Under the pieces are notes generated by a model. That model had not been told where the DNA came from, made no database searches, and worked only from the letters and a program-made list of their open reading frames with translations. This document shows positions 37,421 through 45,828 of a stretch of DNA of 64,000 bases, one piece after another. The position numbers and the translations under genes are program-made. Within the stretch, counting starts at the first letter, position 1, and each line of letters opens with the position of its first letter. This DNA comes from Candidatus Nanoarchaeia archaeon (GTDB lineage Archaea > Nanobdellota > Nanobdellia > CSSed11-243R1): assembly GCA_028713895.1 (NCBI GenBank), contig JAQTNH010000001.1:181808-245807 (forward strand). The letters run 5' to 3'.

Positions 37421-38209
37421 TTAATCGAAGTTTGAGAATACGAGTATGCTGCTCTCAGGATGTGAGTAACGAAGGTTCTTTTCTTTTAAAAAGTGCCCCC
37501 TGAGATAAGAATCCACAAACTGTTCAAGGGAATACCATGTTGCATCTTCTCCCTCGAAATGCTTGACTTTTTTGCCGAACTTAAACCGCAGGTCATAGGT
37601 GGTGATTGTGCCAGCCTCTTCAGTTTCAACAGACTCTTTCTTAGCCAGTGTTATTTCGCCTTTCAGGACATCATCAACATAGACCAAAATCTTATTTTTT
37701 TCGCTGATAGGTTCGACCTTTTTATTGGCGTAAAACTCTGAAAATGCATTTTTGCCCTTATGTTTTACAGCATCCAAAAAGTAATTCTCGGCTTCACTAG
37801 AAGAAGGCGCATTTTTGTGAGCCATCACTTTCTTCAGGCTGGGCATAAAATTTTCAGATGTCTTTACAATAGCATTCAAATCCCGTCCTCCAGTGACATG
37901 AGTCAATCTTAACTTTCCTGCTTTGGCTTTTTCTGCAAGCTTTATCAGCTTTTCCTCGTTTTTGGGACTAATTTTTTTATTGTAAGGCAGCCCTGGCTTT
38001 GGGCTGTCTTTCAACAAAGAAAAATACTGGTCAGAAGTCAACAGAAAGTCCAATGCATTATAATCAATGTCTGTCAGGGAGTCTTTGTATACATTGAGAC
38101 TGCGATACTCCTTGTTGAGATGGTACTCTTTCTGGATATCCCTAAATTTATCTGACTTTGGCTTTTTATCCAAAGGTACTCCAGTTACGTATTTTATTAT
38201 GTGTTCCAT
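37421..38209 (-). CDS. Hypothetical protein (262 aa from MEHIIKY)
   Basis: ORF 37421..38257 with a probable internal start. Confidence 0.45.
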   Translation of the reverse strand: MEHIIKYVTGVPLDKKPKSDKFRDIQKEYHLNKEYRSLNVYKDSLTDIDYNALDFLLTSDQYFSLLKDSPKPGLPYNKKISPKNEEKLIKLAEKAKAGKLRLTHVTGGRDLNAIVKTSENFMPSLKKVMAHKNAPSSSEAENYFLDAVKHKGKNAFSEFYANKKVEPISEKNKILVYVDDVLKGEITLAKKESVETEEAGTITTYDLRFKFGKKVKHFEGEDATWYSLEQFVDSYLRGHFLKEKNLRYSHPESSILVFSNFD

Positions 38210-38382
38210 GATATGTAGCCTAGCATATCGTGATTTATAAATCCAACTCGCCAGCAAAACTACGCTTATTTCTGTTAGAAGAAGTTCTTAGAAAAAAGCC
38301 TTAATCCTTAAACTTCAGAAGACTTTTAGGAATCGTGCCATAGCTCTTTGATTTACAGCTTCGTTAAATTTAAAAGCAAGTA

Positions 38383-38396
38383 TATACTGCAGGATA
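38383..38396 (+). promoter_or_regulatory. Palindromic box TATACTGCAGGATA (copy 2)
   Basis: Preceded by CGTTAAATTTAAAAGC (BRE/TATA). Here the GGTGGGGTTCT leader is replaced by GGTGCTATAAAG. Confidence 0.5.
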
Positions 38397-38410
38397 TAGG
38401 TGCTATAAAG

Positions 38411-38737
38411 ATGGGATACCTGAGGGTCATAACTGAATTGCATGCCAGGAGAGCAGGGCTTGTGCTGGAAGAAAGAGAACTGTTTGAAAACTTAGGCAGC
38501 TCTGTTGATATTGGACAAGCAGCAAAACGAGGAGCTTATTCTTTACAGATAACAGAAACCGTGCACAAAAGCGAATCAGGAAAAATAAGCATAGACGAGT
38601 TTGTGGACATCATAGACACCCAAAAATCTGCAATAGTGTTCAGCATGGAAGGCAGTAGAATCTTTGACAGGGCAGAAGCAGAAAGAACGATAGAGCAAGA
38701 GATTAAAAAGTATTTTGTGGATCCTTTAGTTCTTTGA
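38411..38737 (+). CDS. Hypothetical protein (109 aa)
   Basis: Start MGYLRV, 15 nt after the palindromic box. Confidence 0.45.
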   Translation: MGYLRVITELHARRAGLVLEERELFENLGSSVDIGQAAKRGAYSLQITETVHKSESGKISIDEFVDIIDTQKSAIVFSMEGSRIFDRAEAERTIEQEIKKYFVDPLVL

Positions 38738-38786
38738 GCGCTCTCGGGGCGAAAGATTTTTATCTGTATACAGTTTAGAAACCTGC

Positions 38787-39134
38787 ATGGAAACAACAAT
38801 GTGGATGATTTTGGGCGCAATAATTGTGATTGCCCTGATATACGCAGTTGTTTTGGTTCACAAAAACAAAAAACTGCTAAAGCCATGGACTGACGAAACA
38901 TGGATTGAATCAGGCGGAATGTTTCTTTTGATCGGGTATGTCCTTTCTTTGCTGGGCATTGAAATGAGCGTATTAATGGCTATTGGTTCAATTTACTTTG
39001 TAATCGGGTTTGTTAAAAAACATATTATAAAAGAGAAGAAACTGAATGAAAGGCAGAGAATGTATGCAACAATAGGAATAGCTGTATTGGTTGCGCTGTG
39101 TGTTATTATTTTCTTAATCTTTGTTGTCAAATAG
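38787..39134 (+). CDS. Membrane protein (3 TM)
   Basis: 115-aa hydrophobic ORF. Confidence 0.5.
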   Translation: METTMWMILGAIIVIALIYAVVLVHKNKKLLKPWTDETWIESGGMFLLIGYVLSLLGIEMSVLMAIGSIYFVIGFVKKHIIKEKKLNERQRMYATIGIAVLVALCVIIFLIFVVK

Positions 39135-39260
39135 AGTCATGAAACGCTTTCTGGCAAGTTCTTTTGAGTTCCAGCTCTCTCAGGGTAATTTATTGTCAAT
39201 ATTGAAGAAAAATAAAAGAAAAATAAGAAAAAAGTTGGGGAATGACTAAATTTGTTAAAA

Positions 39261-39356
39261 TTACTCTGTTTCTTCTTGTGTTTCTTCAGCTGCGTTCTCT
39301 GCTGGTGCTGCTTTTTCTTCTTCGTGCTTGTGTGCGCTCTTTTTTGGTCTTGCCAT
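39261..39356 (-). CDS. 31-aa micro-protein MARPKKSAHKHEEEKAAPAENAAEETQEETE
   Basis: Strong Shine-Dalgarno site AAGGAGGT 7 nt upstream of the ATG. The longer ORF-track version is rejected. Confidence 0.3.
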   Translation of the reverse strand: MARPKKSAHKHEEEKAAPAENAAEETQEETE

Positions 39357-39547
39357 GGTAGAACCTCCTTTGATTTGGGTTCGTGATTTCAGAAAAAGGG
39401 TATTAATACGCCTTTCGAAAGGTATATAGGGAGTTTTGGGGGCTAGGGGTGTGGTCGGGGTATTTGTTTTCAATATGGAAATTAAAGCAGAGAAAGGTTT
39501 ATAAGTGACTACTTGTTAGTAATGATTTAGTAGCGGGTGGACAAAAA

Positions 39548-39934
39548 ATGGGAAAACTGTCTGGAATACAAAAGATATTGGCGGAATCCTCTGATAAAGA
39601 GTTAAAAACAAGTTTAGCAAAAGGAAGGATAAAGATTCCAGGAGTAGAATTATCGGTAGATTTTGATGCAATGCTGGCGATAAAGGATATTAAATCCTTT
39701 TTAAAAAAGCCTCCAGAGGAATACTTGATATATATTTCTTGTCCGTCTTGTCCAAACCATGACATAGATTCATTCACATTAAGTTATAATTCAACATCAG
39801 ATACTTTAGAATACTTTTCGGAAGCAGATAAAGATTGTATTGATCTTGGTGAAAATGGATGCAAAAATTATAAGTCCTGCAAGATGGTTAAGCTGTACAA
39901 TGAGCTTAAGAAACAAGAAAGTTCTGAAAACTAA
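39548..39934 (+). CDS. Hypothetical protein (128 aa, Cys cluster CPSCPNH...C...C)
   Basis: ORF. Confidence 0.45.
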   Translation: MGKLSGIQKILAESSDKELKTSLAKGRIKIPGVELSVDFDAMLAIKDIKSFLKKPPEEYLIYISCPSCPNHDIDSFTLSYNSTSDTLEYFSEADKDCIDLGENGCKNYKSCKMVKLYNELKKQESSEN

Positions 39935-39975
39935 TTTTTTCTTAAAATGTTCGCTGAATATGGAGTGATGATAAA

Positions 39976-40509
39976 ATGAAAAAATCTGATACTACGTTTA
40001 TAAGAGAATTCATAAAAAAGAGAATCATAAGGATAAGAAAAGAAGTGAATGAAAGATATCCAAACTTTAAAACAGATTTTAGCGAATATTTGGCAGCCAA
40101 CAAGGAATTTTTTGCACCTTTCATGGAAGAGAAACCTGAGCTGCATACCCTCACTGTCAAAGGTTCTCGTGAGGAAATAGAAGACAAAGTTCGTGACCAC
40201 TACATACAAATGTATTCTGCTGAGATTGTGGAAGAAGGGCGCAAATCAAAAGTAAGCTATGGTTTCAGTCTGGTATATCGTCCTTTTATTGAAAGATTAA
40301 CAGACCCTGAAAAGGAGTATACAATTCAACTTCCAAACTTTACTAAAGCCATGGGGCTGTTGGATCATTTAAAATTTCCTTATGAGGATTATTCAGTTCA
40401 AGTCATCAAGAAAAAAACTATAAAGATTATTCCATTATTAGGCATAGAATCTCTTGCACAAGGAGGAATAGAAATTATAAGTTGTATCGGGGATACGACT
40501 GAAGATTAA
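39976..40509 (+). CDS. Conserved hypothetical protein, paralog B of 36801..37346
   Basis: Preceded by the repeat TTCTTAAAATGTTCGCTGAATAT. Confidence 0.55.
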   Translation: MKKSDTTFIREFIKKRIIRIRKEVNERYPNFKTDFSEYLAANKEFFAPFMEEKPELHTLTVKGSREEIEDKVRDHYIQMYSAEIVEEGRKSKVSYGFSLVYRPFIERLTDPEKEYTIQLPNFTKAMGLLDHLKFPYEDYSVQVIKKKTIKIIPLLGIESLAQGGIEIISCIGDTTED

Positions 40510-40706
40510 AAATGACTGTTAATTGCCTTAACCGATTTTTTATTTCAGTAATTCTTTTGGGTCCCAGCTCTCTTAGGGGCAGGTTTAAAGGGAATTCAGC
40601 GCAGGGTTTTTGAGTCGATTACTGGAAATAGTGGACAACACCCTAAATTTGATAAAGATAAACCCTCATTAGATTTTACTATTGCAAAAATTCGTGAGGT
40701 GATATT

Positions 40707-40940
40707 ATGGATCTTGCTATAAAATTCTGGAAAAACTGGCTTGAAGAAAAGAATCCAATGAAAAGATGGAGAATGATTGAAAAATTGCCTGTGGTTATAG
40801 AGATTACTGATTATATTGCACTCAACAAGATTTCTAAAAAAGAAAGATTAAGAACGTTTTCACCAACACTTGATTCGCTATTCGAAGATTTAAAAGATAC
40901 AATTTATAGCCTGGAGCTAAAGAAGAAGACAAGAAAATGA
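40707..40940 (+). CDS. Hypothetical protein (77 aa)
   Basis: ORF. Confidence 0.35.
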   Translation: MDLAIKFWKNWLEEKNPMKRWRMIEKLPVVIEITDYIALNKISKKERLRTFSPTLDSLFEDLKDTIYSLELKKKTRK

Positions 40941-41050
40941 AACGTAGCGCTGCAATAAAGAAGTCAATAAAAGGAGTTTTAATATGAATTGCATGATTGG
41001 TACAATTAAATGGACAAAAGGTATAAATAGATGTACTTATTAGTAAAATA

Positions 41051-41602
41051 GTGAACGGTATGGTACAACAGTTTAGATTATCCAAAGTTTCGGGAAAATT
41101 TATTGAGATACTTCTGTGGCTTATCGGGCTAAATCGCGAAGAAATCTATGTTTCAGAGCTAAGCAAGGAACTAAAAATGTCAAAGTCAACAGTCATAAAA
41201 TGGCTTGAGGAATTAACCAAATGGGAGCTTGTAACCGAACGAAAGCGCGGAAACATGCATTATTACAGGATAAATGGAGAAAACCCAATTATAAAGCAAT
41301 TCAAAATCCTGCAAAGCGTTTCTGAATTGACTCCGCTCATGAAAAGCTTGAAAGGTATGGCTGAAGTTTATTTGTTTGGCTCTTCAGCGCGAGGCGAGGA
41401 CAGGCCAGACAGTGATTATGACATTCTTGTTGTAACCAAACTTAATTCAAATGAAGTCTTTAAGAAACTTAAGAATGAGGACAGACTCAAAAACAGGAAA
41501 ATAAGCCTGCTTATAGTAAAACCCTTTGAATATGCAGACATGGCAAAACATGATCCTGCACTTTACCAAAGGATAGAAATAGACAAAATCAGGCTGGTAT
41601 AA
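41051..41602 (+). CDS. Minimal nucleotidyltransferase (MNT) with N-terminal wHTH
   Basis: NTase motif LFGSSARGEDRPDSDYDILVV. Confidence 0.75.
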   Translation: MNGMVQQFRLSKVSGKFIEILLWLIGLNREEIYVSELSKELKMSKSTVIKWLEELTKWELVTERKRGNMHYYRINGENPIIKQFKILQSVSELTPLMKSLKGMAEVYLFGSSARGEDRPDSDYDILVVTKLNSNEVFKKLKNEDRLKNRKISLLIVKPFEYADMAKHDPALYQRIEIDKIRLV

Positions 41603-42075
41603 TGGACATAAACGAAGCAAAAGATGAAGGACTAATAAGTGATTTGCCTAAAGAAGAAAATGTTACAGACATTGTTGAAAAAGAAATAAAGTCTGCAGAG
41701 TATGACTTAAGCGAAGCAAAAGAAGGGTTCAGCAAGGGCAAGACAAAATGGCCTGTAGTACAGGCCTATTATGTTATATTTCATGCTGCAAGAGCGCTGA
41801 TGTATAAGTTCAAGCTGAAGGAAATAAAGCATGAGGGAATAGTTGTTTTCCTGGAAGAGAGGGTAAAAGTCGGAAAACTGAGAAACGAGTTTGTGACAAT
41901 ATTCAAATCGCTTAAATCAACTAGGGAAGACTCAAACTATGACAGCGATTTCAGCGAAGAACGCGCAAGAAAATCAATAGAAAGCGCAGAAGAGTTTTTG
42001 AAAGAAATGAAGGCGCAGCTGAGCGAAAAAAAGGCCGGAAAAACCGGCAAACAGTTTGTTTTCTTGTTGTTGTAA
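41602..42075 (+). CDS. HEPN-domain protein, partner of the MNT (MNT-HEPN module)
   Basis: Start overlaps the MNT stop. The HEPN-like motif is TREDSNYD. Confidence 0.65.
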   Translation: MDINEAKDEGLISDLPKEENVTDIVEKEIKSAEYDLSEAKEGFSKGKTKWPVVQAYYVIFHAARALMYKFKLKEIKHEGIVVFLEERVKVGKLRNEFVTIFKSLKSTREDSNYDSDFSEERARKSIESAEEFLKEMKAQLSEKKAGKTGKQFVFLLL

Positions 42076-42159
42076 AAGTCCAATAATTCTTTGAGTTTAG
42101 GGCTCTTTGGGCAGGGTTTTTGGGCTAAAAAGGGCACGCACTTATAACGAACGCAAGAA

Positions 42160-42513
42160 TTATCTGTCCTTATACCCAAATTTTTTATTATATTTTGGAT
42201 GATCAATGATGTCTAAAACAAAAGCAATGATTTCTATTTCGCTTTCATTGTTTGTAAGAGTATAAAGCATGCGCCAAAAATTCGGGAGCTCTATCCTGAA
42301 AAGGTTTGTGATGCCATATTTTTGTTTGTACTCTTCAGGTATGAGCTTCTTGGCTATCGGGTCACCATAGTGAGGATTAGATTTCAGAAATTCTACTTTG
42401 TTGTTCAGAGCATTAAGAATTATCTTTTCTGTTTTTGAGCCAGGCGCCTGTTCATTGAGGTATTTGTAAACTTCCTCTGCTTCAGGCGAAAGTATGACCC
42501 TTATTATCTTCAT
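42160..42513 (-). CDS. RelE/YoeB-like toxin candidate
   Basis: 117-aa basic protein. The C-terminal IEIIAFVLDIIDH pattern resembles YoeB/Txe. It overlaps the upstream small gene by 4 nt. Confidence 0.4.
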   Translation of the reverse strand: MKIIRVILSPEAEEVYKYLNEQAPGSKTEKIILNALNNKVEFLKSNPHYGDPIAKKLIPEEYKQKYGITNLFRIELPNFWRMLYTLTNNESEIEIIAFVLDIIDHPKYNKKFGYKDR

Positions 42514-42788
42514 AGTTCCACACCTGCTGCAATTGCCCTCTTAAGGTTCTGATTTGTATTGTGTATCCATGTTATGCCTTTCATTGTAATCAATATTTTA
42601 TTGCTTTTTTCAAGATATTCAAGAATTATTTTAAGGGTGTTGTGATTAATCTGTTTGGGAAGCCTTCGCTTAAGTTCAGCTATTGTAATTGCGCTTTCAT
42701 CCATGTTTGTCAGGACATTTTCCACCATGAAGACAGTATTAAGAGTAGGTGAATGTTCCAATTTTTCCATTTGAACCTGTTTTGCCAT
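42510..42788 (-). CDS. Putative antitoxin / small DNA-binding protein
   Basis: Start MAKQVQM. It is coupled to the toxin-like gene. Confidence 0.35.
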   Translation of the reverse strand: MAKQVQMEKLEHSPTLNTVFMVENVLTNMDESAITIAELKRRLPKQINHNTLKIILEYLEKSNKILITMKGITWIHNTNQNLKRAIAAGVEL

Positions 42789-42920
42789 ATTTATCACTCC
42801 GTATCATTTAGTTATTAATAAATAAGTAATAGTTACTATTTTATATAGTTACTCTTCGTTTGAGGTTCCAGTAATTTCTTGAGTCCTGGGGGCACGCTTC
42901 GTTAACTTTAAAAACCAATA

Positions 42921-42934
42921 TATACTGCAGGATA
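42921..42934 (+). promoter_or_regulatory. Palindromic box TATACTGCAGGATA (copy 3)
   Basis: Flanked by the TATA box TTTAAAAA (42907) and the leader motif (42940). Confidence 0.5.
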
Positions 42935-42939
42935 TAAGT

Positions 42940-42950
42940 GGTGGGGTTCT
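42940..42950 (+). promoter_or_regulatory. GGTGGGGTTCT leader motif
   Basis: See the motif family. Confidence 0.55.
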
Positions 42951-42973
42951 AGAATTAAATAAGCTGATGTTAA

Positions 42974-43717
42974 ATGAAAATCAAATTTCATGGCGTATCA
43001 AACGGCTATGCTTACGAAAACCAAAATTTGGGGTGTATTTGTTTAGATGATAAAATCCTTTTAGACTGTGGCATAACAAGTTTTCCACGACCTTATTTTG
43101 ATAGCTTAGATGCATTATTTTTGTCTCATGGACATAAGGATCACATAGTTGGTATAAGCTCGCTTACATTGGGCTTAGCTGTTGAAACAGACAGAAAAAC
43201 AAGAAGGGATAGGGATTTTTGCATCTATGTTCCTGCAGGCATAAAAGACAAAATAGAAGACCGTATTGATAAAACATACAAAGACAAAGTAAAGATATTT
43301 GAAAAGAATCCAGGGGATAAATTCAGATTTTTGGATGAATATGACATAAAAACTGTCAAAGTAGAGCACAAGGGAGATTGTTTAGCATACAGATTTGAGA
43401 AGGATGGAAAAAGTTTTGTTTATACTGGCGATGCTGTACCTTCTCAAGAAGTAATTGACCTTTCAAAAAATGTTGATGTGCTGATACATGAAGCCAGCTT
43501 TGTAAATAAGTTTAGAGAAGTGGCAAATAGCTGGAAACACTCGACTTCTGAACAAGCAGCAGAGGTTGCACAAAAGTCTGGTGCAAAAACACTGATTTTA
43601 ACATTAATCTCACCTCATGTAAGGCTGAATAATATGGAAGAATACCTGACTGAAGCACAAAATGTCTTTCTTGGCAAAATTATTATTGCATACGAAGGCC
43701 TGGTTTATGAGTTATAG
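42974..43717 (+). CDS. Metallo-beta-lactamase-fold hydrolase
   Basis: HxHxDH motif (HGHKDHIVG) and downstream His/Asp residues. Confidence 0.8.
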   Translation: MKIKFHGVSNGYAYENQNLGCICLDDKILLDCGITSFPRPYFDSLDALFLSHGHKDHIVGISSLTLGLAVETDRKTRRDRDFCIYVPAGIKDKIEDRIDKTYKDKVKIFEKNPGDKFRFLDEYDIKTVKVEHKGDCLAYRFEKDGKSFVYTGDAVPSQEVIDLSKNVDVLIHEASFVNKFREVANSWKHSTSEQAAEVAQKSGAKTLILTLISPHVRLNNMEEYLTEAQNVFLGKIIIAYEGLVYEL

Positions 43718-43787
43718 TGATGCTGTTTGATAATCCAGTAATTCTTTGAGTCCTGGGGGCACGGTTCGTTAACTTTAAAAACGACTG

Positions 43788-43801
43788 TATACTGCAGAAT
43801 A
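43788..43801 (+). promoter_or_regulatory. Palindromic box TATACTGCAGAATA (copy 4)
   Basis: TATA box at 43774 and leader motif at 43808. Confidence 0.5.
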
Positions 43802-43807
43802 TAGGTT

Positions 43808-43818
43808 GGTGGGGTTCT
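43808..43818 (+). promoter_or_regulatory. GGTGGGGTTCT leader motif
   Basis: See the motif family. Confidence 0.55.
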
Positions 43819-43832
43819 AAGAGGGAAAATAA

Positions 43833-44258
43833 ATGAATGGTGATAAGATGGATTACAGGCTGCCTAACAGGTATGTTAAAGCTACAGACCACAACAAAGA
43901 ACTGGAAGTGAATATGGACGCGGAAAGAATTCTTAAAATATGGTGTTCTGGCTGCAGCAAAAATAAGAAATGCGATTACATGCCAACATTGGTTTCAATG
44001 ATTGGCGTCACTGAAGTTGATAAAGCAGACGAGGAAAATTTGATGGAAACTATAACATTCATATACAGGCCTGATATGGACAGCAGCAGAGCTCCCTTTT
44101 GCAAGAATGCAGACGAGAAATCGATTGTACGTTTTGAGGAAGCTTCTGAAAGATTACGCAAGGAAATCGAGCTTAAAGAAAATTACAAGCGATCCCAAAA
44201 AGATAAATATCTTGGCTTAGAGATTAAAATAATTGGAGACACAGTAAACGATGAGTAG
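43833..44258 (+). CDS. WCSGC-motif protein, paralog 1 (141 aa)
   Basis: Shares the YRLP..YV...WCSGC...C...C pattern with the next gene. Confidence 0.55.
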   Translation: MNGDKMDYRLPNRYVKATDHNKELEVNMDAERILKIWCSGCSKNKKCDYMPTLVSMIGVTEVDKADEENLMETITFIYRPDMDSSRAPFCKNADEKSIVRFEEASERLRKEIELKENYKRSQKDKYLGLEIKIIGDTVNDE

Positions 44259-44268
44259 GTGGGGTTCT
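44258..44268 (+). promoter_or_regulatory. GGTGGGGTTCT leader motif (starts at the stop codon of the previous gene)
   Basis: 13 nt upstream of the ATG at 44282. Confidence 0.5.
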
Positions 44269-44281
44269 TGGAGTGGGATAA

Positions 44282-44704
44282 ATGAGCAATGACAAAAAAA
44301 ATTACAGACTGCCTGAAGGGTATGTTGAAACTGACGGAGATTGGGGAGTAGACTATAAAACAGCAGTTAATGTGCTCAGGAACTGGTGTTCTGGCTGCAA
44401 GAAAAAGGAAGATGGAAATTGTGAAACTGTGATAGACCTTGTAGGTTTATTGAGTATGGAAGAAATCCCTGGCGTAGCTTATGAGTTCATGACACGAATC
44501 AAGCCTAAGAAGGGTGGAAGAAGCATTCTTTACTGCACAAAGGCTGACAGCCTATCAATTGCATATTTTGAGGAAAGGCAGAGGGACTTAGAAAGAGAAA
44601 AAAGAAAATTAAAGGCTGCTATCGATGAAGGCTTTGCCGAAGCAGAAAAAGAATTAGCAAAAGGAAGAGAGGCAAGACTAAGAAAGTTGGGATTAAAGAA
44701 ATAG
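44282..44704 (+). CDS. WCSGC-motif protein, paralog 2 (140 aa)
   Basis: Paralog of 43833..44258. Confidence 0.55.
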   Translation: MSNDKKNYRLPEGYVETDGDWGVDYKTAVNVLRNWCSGCKKKEDGNCETVIDLVGLLSMEEIPGVAYEFMTRIKPKKGGRSILYCTKADSLSIAYFEERQRDLEREKRKLKAAIDEGFAEAEKELAKGREARLRKLGLKK

Positions 44705-44721
44705 ATGGAGAGTGATGAAAG

Positions 44722-44976
44722 ATGGAAAAACCATATCAAATAAAACCATATCAAGTTTTACAAGAATATCAAAGTTTACACGAAGGAATCAAACCTTTAA
44801 AACATGCTTCGAAGTATGCCCCAATAGTAGTAGAACTGGGAGAAACTGTAACTTTAAGCAGTTTAGGCATAGACACTTCCAGTAGACTGGCGTTTCTATG
44901 CAGCTTGCCTTCAGATACGGTAATGCATACAGACAGAGATGGACATGTTACATGCACATTCTCTATAGAGAAATAA
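44722..44976 (+). CDS. Hypothetical protein (84 aa)
   Basis: ORF. Confidence 0.4.
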   Translation: MEKPYQIKPYQVLQEYQSLHEGIKPLKHASKYAPIVVELGETVTLSSLGIDTSSRLAFLCSLPSDTVMHTDRDGHVTCTFSIEK

Positions 44977-44998
44977 ACAAATCTTGAGAGGGATATAA

Positions 44999-45481
44999 AT
45001 GAACAAAACGCTAACTGAAATTTTAAAAAAGGACCCGAAGGATGTAACTATCCAAGAAAAAGAGTGTCTGGATTTAGAAGAAATCAGTAAGTTAGCTGAT
45101 AGATTTAATAAGCAGTACGAAAGTCTCATACAGCAAGCCAATGAGCCATACAAAGACAAGGAAAATGTAAGTTTGGTGTTCTGCGATGGAAAACTTGTTA
45201 AGGCTTACACTATGCAACGTTATGATATCCCTTTTGATGAGATTTCTAAAATTGAACAAGAACAGGGCAAAGCATGTTATGTAGTTGAGATGATAAACAA
45301 ACCGTCTGAAGACGACATCCGTATTTTTGAACCCCAAACAGGCATAAGAGACTCCTACAAAAACCTTAATGATGCATATAAAAAAATGGGTGACGATATG
45401 CATACTTTTGAGCAGGAATTGCGTGAAGGAATCAAAGAAGTGCGTAAGGAAGTTAAATCGCTTGAAAAGAAGCAAAAATAA
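44999..45481 (+). CDS. Hypothetical protein (160 aa)
   Basis: ORF. Confidence 0.5.
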   Translation: MNKTLTEILKKDPKDVTIQEKECLDLEEISKLADRFNKQYESLIQQANEPYKDKENVSLVFCDGKLVKAYTMQRYDIPFDEISKIEQEQGKACYVVEMINKPSEDDIRIFEPQTGIRDSYKNLNDAYKKMGDDMHTFEQELREGIKEVRKEVKSLEKKQK

Positions 45482-45525
45482 AATTTTCTTAAAATGTTCG
45501 CTGAATATACATTAAACGAAGTTTT

Positions 45526-45828
45526 TTAATGCGATTTTTGATGTTTTTTATGGTTTTTTTGAACCTTTATTATTACTTTGCTTGCTTTTCCTGCTTCCAA
45601 GGCTGGCAAAAGGTGCGACAGGAACTGTTCTGCAGTCATCTTTCGGACTGTGCCATTGGTGGTCTGAGTCCATTGGCCTTTGACTTTCTTGTATTTCTGT
45701 TTCCAGCCGCTTTTCTTGATAATGAGATAGATCGTGCATTCGTCGTTCTTCATGATTTTAGCTCGTGTTAGACACACACGTTTACTTGTTTTGACTCTGC
45801 TTGCAGGGACAATGTTTTTGCCTGGCAA
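45526..45828 (-). CDS. Hypothetical basic protein
   Basis: ORF. The real start may be the internal MKNDEC. Confidence 0.3.
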   Translation of the reverse strand: MPGKNIVPASRVKTSKRVCLTRAKIMKNDECTIYLIIKKSGWKQKYKKVKGQWTQTTNGTVRKMTAEQFLSHLLPALEAGKASKVIIKVQKNHKKHQKSH

